A stretch of DNA of 64,000 bases from positions 1,760,001 to 1,824,000 of the forward strand of contig CAXXXD010000002.1 of NCBI GenBank assembly GCA_963663385.2. Reading direction: 5' to 3'. Under the pieces are notes generated by a model. It saw only the letters and a list, made by a program, of their open reading frames with translations. It did no database searches and had not been told where the DNA came from. Positions 49,505-58,750 of this stretch are shown here, piece after piece. Each line of letters opens with the position of its first letter. The stretch's first letter is position 1. Made by a program: the position numbers and the translations under genes. Origin of the DNA: Oceanispirochaeta sp. (GTDB lineage Bacteria > Spirochaetota > Spirochaetia > DSM-2461).

Positions 49505-49895
49505 AAATAGAATTTTTTATTGCCGACTTTTTTCTTATCTTTTATGTTTCTACAAATTCTTTAACTGACAGGATTTTTCTTCCTGAATACAGTCTGACTA
49601 TAAATCCATATCTATTTCGGCGTCAACAATCAGGACTGTATCCAGGCTTTTCTCTACACAGACTCTACATTCTACACAATGTGTTTATATAATCTCCATC
49701 CAGTTAATAATTGTTTAATCCGCAAGTTACTTAATAACTATTTAGTAAAAAAATATCAATAACAGACGAAAATGATTTTTTTTGAATGAAATTTGACTGA
49801 TGCAAGTGTGTAACATTAAAATTTACAAAGAAAAATAAACCAATGAGGTAAGAGTTAACAAAAAAAAGCTTTAGTAGATAAAAAGGGAGGCATTA

Positions 49896-50432
49896 ATGGA
49901 ATTGAAATCGAATAAAATCCCGGAGGAATTCAGGACCGTGATACCAAGAGGTCTGCGACTGGTACACAGGAATGAGCAGGACTTTTTACTGGTCGAGTCA
50001 ATCTTTTGTCCCCGCGGGCATAATCTCCTGGTAGACAGTGTTCATATACACGGAGAACCGTCTATCAAACTGGAGCTTGAAATAAACGGACGAAAAGGAC
50101 TTGCCTTTATTGATGCGTTCTGGGGCAGTCATGCCAAACTTTTCAGTTTTCTGCCGGAGTGCGGAGAAGGGACCATGCTTGAGGGGTTCTGTCCCTACTG
50201 CCATGCTCCCCTGATAGAGGAGTATCACTGCCATGAAGAAGGCTGCGGTTCCCATACGGGACTGGCCCTGCATCTGCCCAACGGAGCCGGACGAGTTATG
50301 GTCTGTGCCAGCCTGGGCTGTCCGGGTCATCTGCTTGATGTCAATTCCCTGTCTCATGAGTTGAGCGAGTCTCTGAGCGGAATTAATTTCTTTGGCGAGG
50401 GAACAGAAGATCTGTTCGGAGGTCTGGGATGA
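49896..50432 (+). CDS. Cys/His-rich hypothetical protein heading the oxidoreductase operon
   Basis: CPRGH, CPYCH, CHEEGC, CASLGCPGH; strong RBS; overlaps the ferredoxin start. Confidence 0.8.
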   Translation: MELKSNKIPEEFRTVIPRGLRLVHRNEQDFLLVESIFCPRGHNLLVDSVHIHGEPSIKLELEINGRKGLAFIDAFWGSHAKLFSFLPECGEGTMLEGFCPYCHAPLIEEYHCHEEGCGSHTGLALHLPNGAGRVMVCASLGCPGHLLDVNSLSHELSESLSGINFFGEGTEDLFGGLG

Positions 50433-50650
50433 ATCGATCTGTAATCACTCCCGATCTGTGCAAGGGATGCCGGGTCTGTGTTAATTCCTGTCCTAATCAT
50501 TGTTTATCCATAGGATCCGAAATAAATAAGCTGGGATATCAGTTTGCCGTTTCCAAATCCAAGGGCTGTACCGCCTGCGGTATCTGCTTCTATGTCTGCC
50601 CCGAGCCGGGGGCGATTACTGTATATAAAGGGGAGGCGCCGGATGTCTGA
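50429..50650 (+). CDS. 2x[4Fe-4S] ferredoxin (oxidoreductase delta subunit)
   Basis: CKGCRVCVNSCP and CTACGICFYVCPE. Confidence 0.92.
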   Translation: MNRSVITPDLCKGCRVCVNSCPNHCLSIGSEINKLGYQFAVSKSKGCTACGICFYVCPEPGAITVYKGEAPDV

Positions 50651-51710
50651 GAAAACCAAAAGATTAATGAAGGGAAACGAAGCTGTTATCCATGGAGCCC
50701 TTATGGGCGGAGCTACCCATTTCTTTGGTTACCCCATTACGCCCGCCAGTGAGATTGCCCATGCGGCAGCCCTGTATTTTACGACTACCGGCAGGCATTT
50801 CCTTCAGGCCGAATCGGAAGTGTCTGTGGTAAATATGCTTTATGGGGCCGCCGGAGCGGGAGCCCGGGTTATGACCGCATCTTCCGGTCCGGGAATGTCC
50901 CTGATGGCCGAAGGGCTTTCCTATATTGCCGGTGCGGAACTGCCCTGTGTTGTGGTTGATGTGCAGCGGGCCGGCCCGGGACTGGGGAATATCTGGCCGG
51001 AGCAGAGTGACTACAATATTACAGTCAAAGGGGGAGGTCACGGGAATTACCGGAATCTTGTACTGGCACCGAACTCTGTTCAGGAGATGTGTGATTTAAC
51101 CTATATGGCTTTTGACCTGGCGGATAAATACAGGACGGCTGTTATCGTACTGGCAGATGCCTATATAGGACAGATGATGGAACCTGTTGAACTCCCCGAT
51201 GAGATTCACCATGGGGAACGGAAAGACTGGGCCTTATACGGAGATAAGGAGAGCCGCGGGAATCTTGTTACTTCCATATTGATGGATCCGGTACTGCAGA
51301 GTGATCATAACTGGAAGCTCCAGAAAAAATATGAACGTATGGCAGAGGAGTGCTGTCTGTGGGAGGAGATTGACTGCGATGATGCGGAAGTTGTAATAAC
51401 TGCCTATGGTATTACGGCCAGAGTCTGTCTGTCTGCGGTTCAGATGCTCCGGCAGAAGGGTGTCAAAGCCGGACTGTTCAGACCAAAGACCCTTTTTCCT
51501 TTTCCCGAAACGCGTCTGAAGGAACTGGCGGGAAAAACCCGGATGATAGTATCGGCTGAGCTTGCTAATGGTCAGCTGTCGGATGATGTGGAAAGGCTTG
51601 CTGCCGGAAAGGTTCCTGTATTGCGCTATCTATGGCTGGGAGGAATTATCCCGTCTGTTCAGGAAGTGACCGAAAAGGTTCTGAAGGATCTGGAAGGAGG
51701 CCGGCAGTGA
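50643..51710 (+). CDS. 2-oxoacid (2-ketoisovalerate-type):ferredoxin oxidoreductase alpha subunit, VorB-like
   Basis: GNEA, FGYPITPASE, QAESE, TASSGPG, QRAGPGLG. Confidence 0.88.
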   Translation: MSEKTKRLMKGNEAVIHGALMGGATHFFGYPITPASEIAHAAALYFTTTGRHFLQAESEVSVVNMLYGAAGAGARVMTASSGPGMSLMAEGLSYIAGAELPCVVVDVQRAGPGLGNIWPEQSDYNITVKGGGHGNYRNLVLAPNSVQEMCDLTYMAFDLADKYRTAVIVLADAYIGQMMEPVELPDEIHHGERKDWALYGDKESRGNLVTSILMDPVLQSDHNWKLQKKYERMAEECCLWEEIDCDDAEVVITAYGITARVCLSAVQMLRQKGVKAGLFRPKTLFPFPETRLKELAGKTRMIVSAELANGQLSDDVERLAAGKVPVLRYLWLGGIIPSVQEVTEKVLKDLEGGRQ

Positions 51711-53128
51711 TTGTTCACGAAAAACCAAAAGCATTCTATGATACATTTGAGCGGAAAGGAGCAGGGCAGCAGGTAACCCATTACTGTCCCGGCTGCGGTC
51801 ATGGCACAGCCCACAAACTGATTGCCGAACTTCTGGTGGATATGGGGATTCAGGATCGCACCATCTTCCTGTCTCCTGTAGGCTGTTCCGTATTTGCCTA
51901 TTACTATATGGATACGGGAAATATACAGTGCGCTCATGGCAGGGCCCCAGCTGTGGGAACCGGTATCCGACGGACTCATAAGGAAGCCATCCTTATCTCT
52001 TACCAGGGAGACGGGGATCTGGCAGCCATCGGCACGGCTGAAATCATTCATGCCGCCAACCGCGGTGAAAATCTGACTGTTTTTTTCATTAACAATGCAA
52101 TTTATGGTATGACAGGAGGGCAGATGGCCCCCACAACCCTGGAAGGCCAGAAAACCCTGACCACACCCCTTGGGCGTTCCGGCGGCAGGGACGGGCACCC
52201 CATCGGAATGGCCGAGGTTATGTCGGCTCTGAAAACTCCGGTTTTTATCGAACGTGTAAGCCTTTCCACACCGGGCAAGGTTCTGAAAGCCCGCAAGGTA
52301 TTCCGCAAAGCCATTCAGAATCAGATTGACAAAAAAGGATTCTCCTTTGTGGAAGTCCTTTCTCCCTGTCCCATTAACTGGAAGATGGATCCTGTACAGG
52401 CCCGTAAGTGGATGCAGGATTATCTGGAACCCCTTTATCCTGTAAAGAACTTCAGGGATGACAGTGAAAAACCGGCGCCTCCTGACGACTCCCTTCCCTG
52501 GCTGGATGATAATGAACTGAAAAAAACACTGCAGCAGGGCGGTTCCCTTCCCAATGTTCACAGGGATACGTATTTTGAAGAGCAGAGGGTTAAAATTGCC
52601 GGATTCGGTGGTCAGGGGGTTCTGTCTGCGGGTACACTCCTGGCGAATATTGCCATTGCAGAAGGACTTAATGCCACATGGCTGCCCTCCTATGGGCCTG
52701 AGATGAGGGGCGGAAAGGCTAATGCCAGCGTTATTGTATCCCGTGATGTGATCGGTTCTCCAGTTGTGGACTATCCCAATGTTCTTATTGCCCTGAACAC
52801 GCCGTCACTTCTTTCTTTTGAAAAAAATGTGATGCCGGGAGGGCTGATTCTGGTTAATTCATCTCTTGTAAATCACAAGGTTGAAAGAGACGATGTACGG
52901 ACTTTTTACATCCCCGCATCTGATATGGCCAAGGAGAGCGGAATTCTGGCCACAGCCAATATCATTCTTCTTACCATTTATCTGAAAATTACAGGTGTAG
53001 CTGATCATGAGGTTCTGAAAAAAGTCCTTCCGGGAAGTGTGAAAAGGAAAGATACGGTTCAACTGAATCTTAAAATGGTGGAAAAGGCATTGGAATACTT
53101 TGAGAAGGAAATTAAAGGGAATGTCTGA
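51707..53128 (+). CDS. 2-oxoacid:ferredoxin oxidoreductase fused beta-gamma subunit
   Basis: YCPGCGHG, TPP motif GDGD...NNAIYGMTGGQ; gamma domain AGFGGQG, PSYGPEMRGG; GTG start overlaps the previous stop. Confidence 0.9.
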   Translation: MIVHEKPKAFYDTFERKGAGQQVTHYCPGCGHGTAHKLIAELLVDMGIQDRTIFLSPVGCSVFAYYYMDTGNIQCAHGRAPAVGTGIRRTHKEAILISYQGDGDLAAIGTAEIIHAANRGENLTVFFINNAIYGMTGGQMAPTTLEGQKTLTTPLGRSGGRDGHPIGMAEVMSALKTPVFIERVSLSTPGKVLKARKVFRKAIQNQIDKKGFSFVEVLSPCPINWKMDPVQARKWMQDYLEPLYPVKNFRDDSEKPAPPDDSLPWLDDNELKKTLQQGGSLPNVHRDTYFEEQRVKIAGFGGQGVLSAGTLLANIAIAEGLNATWLPSYGPEMRGGKANASVIVSRDVIGSPVVDYPNVLIALNTPSLLSFEKNVMPGGLILVNSSLVNHKVERDDVRTFYIPASDMAKESGILATANIILLTIYLKITGVADHEVLKKVLPGSVKRKDTVQLNLKMVEKALEYFEKEIKGNV

Positions 53129-54215
53129 GACATATAGAATTCTGGCTATTAATCCCGGGTCAACTTCGACCAAGCTGGCCCTGTTTGAGGATGAAAATGA
53201 GATCCATTCCCTGAATATTACCCATCTGGACGATGAACTGGATCTGTTTCCCCTGGTGTCGGATCAGGAAGAGTATCGTTTTAACCTTATCCGTACCATG
53301 ATGGATAAAACGAATGATAAAGGTTTTGACCGGCTGGACGCCGTAATCGGCAGAGGAGGGCTGCTGCATCCCATGGAAGGGGGTGTCTACCATGTTAACG
53401 AAGCTATGCTGGAGGATTTAAGGGAGGCCCGCTATGGTGAACATGCCTGTAATCTGGGGGCTGTGCTTGCCCGGAGAATCGGGGACGAACAGAAGGCTAA
53501 AGGGAATGTCTGTGAAGTGCTTATTGCCGATCCCGTAGTAGTTGATGAACTCTGCCCGGAAGCCCGCTGTTCCGGCCTGCCCGGTCTGGAACGAAAAAGT
53601 GTTTTTCATGCGCTGAATCAGAAATCAGTTGCCCGAAATGTGGCGGGACAATTGGGTAAACCCTATGAAGAGCTGAACCTGATTGTCGCCCATATGGGGG
53701 GGGGCATCTCGGTGGGAGCTCATAAAAAGGGGAGGGTTGTCGATGTGAATAATGCTCTGGATGGAGACGGTCCCTTCTCTCCCGAGCGGAGCGGCGGACT
53801 TCCGGCGGGGCAGCTGGTAAAACTCGCTCTGTCCGGGCAGTACAGTCTGGAAGAGCTGAAAAAGATGATTACAGGGCAGGGCGGAGTAATTGCCTATTGC
53901 GGAACGAAAGACATGAGGATGATTGAGGAGCGGATCAGGGCAGGAGATACAAGCGCCCGGTTGGTTTTTAATGCCATGTCCTACCAGATATCCCAGGAAA
54001 TTGCCCGACACGGGGCTACCCTGGAAGGAGATGTAGACGGAATCATTCTGACGGGAGGTCAGGCAAGAAGCGAGGATCTGGTAGAGGCAATAAAAAAACG
54101 TGTATCCTTTCTGGCACCGATCTATGTCATTCCGGGAGAACGGGAGATGGCTTCTCTGTCCGGTAATGCTCTGGATGCCCTCAGGGGTCTTCAACCTGTT
54201 AAGGAGTACGAATGA
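53121..54215 (+). CDS. buk: Butyrate/branched-chain fatty acid kinase
   Basis: INPGSTSTK, GRGG, HACNLG, DPVVVDE, FHALN, HMGGGIS. Confidence 0.95.
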   Translation: MSETYRILAINPGSTSTKLALFEDENEIHSLNITHLDDELDLFPLVSDQEEYRFNLIRTMMDKTNDKGFDRLDAVIGRGGLLHPMEGGVYHVNEAMLEDLREARYGEHACNLGAVLARRIGDEQKAKGNVCEVLIADPVVVDELCPEARCSGLPGLERKSVFHALNQKSVARNVAGQLGKPYEELNLIVAHMGGGISVGAHKKGRVVDVNNALDGDGPFSPERSGGLPAGQLVKLALSGQYSLEELKKMITGQGGVIAYCGTKDMRMIEERIRAGDTSARLVFNAMSYQISQEIARHGATLEGDVDGIILTGGQARSEDLVEAIKKRVSFLAPIYVIPGEREMASLSGNALDALRGLQPVKEYE

Positions 54216-55096
54216 AAAATCTTGATGAGATGCTGAGAAGCGATAAAACCGGCCGTGTAGCAATTGTTCAGGCGGATCATGAAGACTCTCTCCGGGCGAT
54301 GGCAGATGCCCTGCAGAAAAGGATGGCGGATTTCATCCTCATAGGGGATTCCGAACGAATACGCCTCAAGGCGGACGAACTTGAAATATCACTGGACGGG
54401 GTGGAAATAAGGGAAGCGGAGAGCGATGAAGAGGCTTCGAACCTGGCTGCTTCTCTGGCCGAAAAAGGTGAAATCGATGTGGTTATGAAAGGTCTGGTTC
54501 ATACCTCGGTTTTCACAAGGGCTCTTTTGAATAAAGAGAGAAAGCTGATTTCTCCCGGCGGATTGATCAGTCATACGGGTTTGTTTGATCTTCCGGGATT
54601 CCCTCATCCTTTTCTTTTAAGCGATGCCGCCATAAATATTCTACCGGACTTCAAACAGAAGGTGGAGATATTAAAAAATGCTATCGGAATCAGCAGGACT
54701 CTGGGAGTTAATGCGCCAAAAACGGCCTGTATTGCTCCTGTTGAAAAGATCAACCCCAAGATTCTCAGTACCGTAGATGCGGATGCCCTGAGGCAGATGG
54801 ACTTCGGGCATGCAATTGTTGATGGTCCCATGGCGCTTGATGTGGCGCTCTCCGCTGAAGCAGCCCGGATTAAAGGGATAGAAAGTCCTGTCGCCGGGGA
54901 TCCGGATATCCTGCTCTTCCCCGAACTCAATTCGGCCAACGGTGTATATAAAGCCCTGTCCTTTATCCCCGGGTGCAGGCATGCGGGGATTCTGGCTGGT
55001 TTGAAGGTTCCCGTTGTGCTTACTTCCCGCTCCGATTCGGAGGAGACCCGGATGCTGTCCTTAAGGATGGCTTTGAGAAGCAGTACGGGAGAATAG
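54212..55096 (+). CDS. ptb: Phosphate butyryltransferase / branched-chain acyltransferase
   Basis: MKGLVHT, SDAAIN, DGPMALD, VAGDPDILL, LTSRSDS. Confidence 0.88.
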   Translation: MKNLDEMLRSDKTGRVAIVQADHEDSLRAMADALQKRMADFILIGDSERIRLKADELEISLDGVEIREAESDEEASNLAASLAEKGEIDVVMKGLVHTSVFTRALLNKERKLISPGGLISHTGLFDLPGFPHPFLLSDAAINILPDFKQKVEILKNAIGISRTLGVNAPKTACIAPVEKINPKILSTVDADALRQMDFGHAIVDGPMALDVALSAEAARIKGIESPVAGDPDILLFPELNSANGVYKALSFIPGCRHAGILAGLKVPVVLTSRSDSEETRMLSLRMALRSSTGE

Positions 55097-55167
55097 AACG
55101 GATTTCTTTATATTTCATAAAATTTATGGAATTGGCGTCAATTGGGGAAAAAGATATAATTAATACT

Positions 55168-56703
55168 ATGAATACAAAATATCAAAACAAATTTAATTAT
55201 CAGATCCTGTTCTTCCTGATTTCGGTAGTGATCATATTCACCTCATTATTAATTACCATTGATCGACGTTATATCAATGAGATGATTCTACAGGATTTCA
55301 ACCACGAACTTGAAAAAACTGCCAGCTCAATAAATTACGACATCAAGTTAAAATCTGAGCATGTAAAAGCAATGTCAAGTCGGACAATGATTCGACAGGA
55401 ATTGAATAGATGGTATAACAGGGATATCTCGTTAGAGGCTGTTCAGAACTTTACAAGGGATAAATACCGGGATGGTGCGGTAGTTTACGATGATATTATA
55501 TATGCAGTTCGTTACGATCTTACAGGACAGTATATTAGTAGTTTTTCAATAGCAGACTCAACGGAAATAAAACCTGTAACAGAACAAGCTTTGGATATTC
55601 AAAAAAATGGAAATGATTTCCTTTTGTATCTGGAAAATGAAATTGTACATAGTGGGGTTCATATCGGATACGATTGCGCTGCTTTTAAAATACCTTTAAA
55701 TACTTTTGATAGTACTTTTCTTAAAAATGTAAATTTTATAAAAAATCCTGTTCCTCAAGAGTATGAAAAGATCAGTATGATTGAAATCGGATGCACAGGT
55801 TTTTTTCTCACAGCGGAGATCGATGACACAATCAAAACCGGTAGAATCAACCAGCATTATTTTATGATATTGAAATGGATGATTCTTTTTTTTGTTTTAC
55901 TACTGATTGTTTCGCATATTACCATTTTTCATTTCAGCAGAGAACTCATTTCTGTTATTGAAAAACTGCATAATCGGGATGTTCGAAATGAACGGTATTC
56001 TGCTATCGCCCAGGTAGGTGCCGGTTTAGCTCATGATCTGAATAACAAGTTTAATATTATTATAGGGTACACAGAAATATTATTGAAAGGGGATATCTCG
56101 GAAGAAATTCAGAAACCTCTTGAAATTATCCATAAAACCAGCTGGGAAGCTACATCAGTAATAAATAAACTGCATCATTTTACTAGCGGCAGATTCAGTG
56201 ATATGAGTGATGTCAATGCTGTTAAGTTTTTTAATAGTATCAATAATAAAATCAATTCGGATTTTGATTTAAAACTGAATACGGACTACCGTATTTCCCA
56301 TGAACTTGTCCTGCATATTGATACCGATCAGCTGGAAGGTGCAATCCATACCCTTGTACAGAACTCATCCGAAGCCAGTGCTTCTATTGTGAATGTCACT
56401 CTGGTTCAGAAACGTATAGAAGATGATTCAACCTGTATGATCTGCAATAGGCTGATGAAAGGGGATTGGCTGTGTATCAGGATTGAGGATAACGGGGATG
56501 GGTTTTGTGAAGATATTGATAACCACCGACTACTGGAGCCTTTCTATACAACAAAAGGAGTCCGGCATGCCGGTTTGGGGCTCTCTCTGGTATATGGTGT
56601 CGTTCATCAGCATAAGGGGCATATTGTTATAAACCGGGTCGTTCCCGCAGGACTGGCTATTGAATTGTTTCTGCCTTTGGGTGGAATGGGTGTAGAAAAG
56701 TAG
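55168..56703 (+). CDS. Membrane sensor histidine kinase (orphan)
   Basis: Two TMs; H-box AHDLNN; N-box; IEDNGDG, PFYTTK, GLGL. Confidence 0.9.
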   Translation: MNTKYQNKFNYQILFFLISVVIIFTSLLITIDRRYINEMILQDFNHELEKTASSINYDIKLKSEHVKAMSSRTMIRQELNRWYNRDISLEAVQNFTRDKYRDGAVVYDDIIYAVRYDLTGQYISSFSIADSTEIKPVTEQALDIQKNGNDFLLYLENEIVHSGVHIGYDCAAFKIPLNTFDSTFLKNVNFIKNPVPQEYEKISMIEIGCTGFFLTAEIDDTIKTGRINQHYFMILKWMILFFVLLLIVSHITIFHFSRELISVIEKLHNRDVRNERYSAIAQVGAGLAHDLNNKFNIIIGYTEILLKGDISEEIQKPLEIIHKTSWEATSVINKLHHFTSGRFSDMSDVNAVKFFNSINNKINSDFDLKLNTDYRISHELVLHIDTDQLEGAIHTLVQNSSEASASIVNVTLVQKRIEDDSTCMICNRLMKGDWLCIRIEDNGDGFCEDIDNHRLLEPFYTTKGVRHAGLGLSLVYGVVHQHKGHIVINRVVPAGLAIELFLPLGGMGVEK

Positions 56704-56866
56704 ATATATTCGGATATGCATTTTGTTTTTAAAAGAAGATCGGGATGTAGATTTCCTTCTATTGTCTCAATATGCGCGTTTTATCAAAAAATCAATACAT
56801 GCATAATCAGTCTTAAAGCATTATGTATCAAGACTGATTAGTATTTGTTATTAAGGAAATTGTGAA

Positions 56867-57280
56867 TTATATAATTGATGATAGTTTTTCTATTCTATAA
56901 TAGAAAACTCTGAAGCTAATTCTTTTAAAAGCATCTGTTACGGTCCAGTAAAATGAAATGCTTTTGTTTCCTGAAAAATCAAAAAAATCAATAATGTAAC
57001 CTCGCTTTTTTTCATTTTCGGTCCACTCAAATAGAATAGGGATACATTTTGGCAGATTTTTTATATGCCCATGTCCCTTCGAATATTTCTGCTTCTCTTT
57101 TAATAAGCAAAGTTCCATCTTCTTTAAATGTAATGAGCTTCCTGCTGAATCGTTAATACCTACCAGTTCTTTATTCTGTATCATGTCAAAATCGATCAGG
57201 TTTGAATTCGACTTTGTACTCATACAACCGGTTAAAAAGAGGCAGTAAAATCAGTGATAAAAATAATTTCCTGTATGACT
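56867..57280 (-). pseudogene. Decayed small lipoprotein gene
   Basis: 118-aa ORF preceded in frame by LTGC lipobox; the hydrophobic signal RKLFLSLILLPL lies in another frame; AGGAG upstream but no start codon. Confidence 0.45.
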
Positions 57281-57789
57281 TTTTTTCTCCTTGCCTGTTG
57301 ATACAAGGATATTTTTAAGACTGCTTTAAATAATTTTTAATTTTAACTTCAGGTAGATAATGGAAATTATCGCTTACGGTTCCGGGAAGTTTTCTTCATG
57401 GATATTCATAATGTTTGAAAAATATGGGGTTTTAAAAGAAAATTTAAGATCTTTCTAAAGCATATACCTAAAGAAAAAAGCTTCAGGGTATTTACTGTTG
57501 AGGTCCTGTAATATTTGGTTTGCATCATCAGTATTACCGAAACGCTTCTTAATTATTTAAAACCAGAAGAATCTACTCATTTATATTTCGTATGTCTGTT
57601 CTGTGTCCGGAATAATTCGTCAATTCGGGAAAAATACTGTTTTGAATTAATATTCTGGTAAGAAAACTATAACTTTTCCTTTTCTTCTCTATTTTTTTAA
57701 TGAAGCCATACATTTGAGTCTATATCACCCATGATTTTGAACTGGTTATTCCGGGTAATTAGTTTTGCAATATTACGATTATGGAAATG

Positions 57790-58740
57790 TTATTCTGCGT
57801 TTCTAACTAGGCGGATTCCTGTAGAAAAAATATTCATTGGTCTATAAGTTCCCCTTATAGAGGTTTCAATAGGACCTCCATACCATGATCCACCTCTTAT
57901 TACTTTAAAATCATGACCGTATCTTGATTTCTGTTTTACATCTTCAGCATGATCAATTGATGGATTTTCTATTGGTAGCCATTCAAACATTATTTCATCA
58001 TACCAATCCCAGCACCACTCACTTGCATTTCCACCCATATCATAAATATCTAATTCATTAGGTATATACTCTCCTACAGGATAAGAGCTTTTAAACTCTT
58101 TACCGAAACGTGCAATTTCATTGGGATCATCACTGCCAGGATATTTAAATCCTTTAGATTGGCGTCCACCTCGTGCTGCATATTCCCATTCGGCATCGGT
58201 AGGTAATCTATAACCATTTGCGGTTTTGTCCCATTTGACAGATATTTCGGTAAATTCTTCATCAGGTAGCTCAGTGATTATATAAGCTGGATTAAATCCA
58301 TCCTTTAAGCTTGCCCAATTGCAAAAAATTATGGCATAGTACCAATTCAATCCTTGAGCTGGACAGTCATCAGTTGGAATAGTTTCATAAAAAGGCCCAT
58401 ATCCATCTATATTCCAATCCCATGTAAATTTAAGCTTTACATCATTTAAAAAAAGTTTCCATTCATCAACAGTAACCATATAGGAAGACATAAAAAATGA
58501 AGAAAGATCTACTCTATGGGGCTGATTGGTTTTTATATCAGGATTTCCCATAATAAATTCGCCGCCATCAACGAGTACCATTTCAGGTTGATAATACCCT
58601 TCTGAAATATTAAAAAGAGGTGTAGTTGTAGTTTCAGATTCGATCACAGGTTCAGGCTCTTTTTTTTTATCTTCACTCTTTTGGCAAGAAAATGTACAAA
58701 TAAATAACAGTACTATAAATACATTCTTAAATATTTTCAT
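57790..58740 (-). CDS. FGE-sulfatase/SUMF1-fold lipoprotein
   Basis: Lipobox TFSC; MVLVDGGEFIMG, YRLPTDAEWEYAARGG, PNELDIYDMGGNASEWCWDWY, RGGSW, GIRLVR; starts 10 nt after the giant ORF stop. Confidence 0.9.
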   Translation of the reverse strand: MKIFKNVFIVLLFICTFSCQKSEDKKKEPEPVIESETTTTPLFNISEGYYQPEMVLVDGGEFIMGNPDIKTNQPHRVDLSSFFMSSYMVTVDEWKLFLNDVKLKFTWDWNIDGYGPFYETIPTDDCPAQGLNWYYAIIFCNWASLKDGFNPAYIITELPDEEFTEISVKWDKTANGYRLPTDAEWEYAARGGRQSKGFKYPGSDDPNEIARFGKEFKSSYPVGEYIPNELDIYDMGGNASEWCWDWYDEIMFEWLPIENPSIDHAEDVKQKSRYGHDFKVIRGGSWYGGPIETSIRGTYRPMNIFSTGIRLVRNAE

Positions 58741-58750
58741 TTTGATTCCC

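Noticed and set aside
57790..58740. FGE-fold lipoprotein as a diversity-generating retroelement target (as for Treponema TvpA)
   Set aside because: No reverse transcriptase and no template/variable repeat pair seen in the window; remote targeting cannot be excluded
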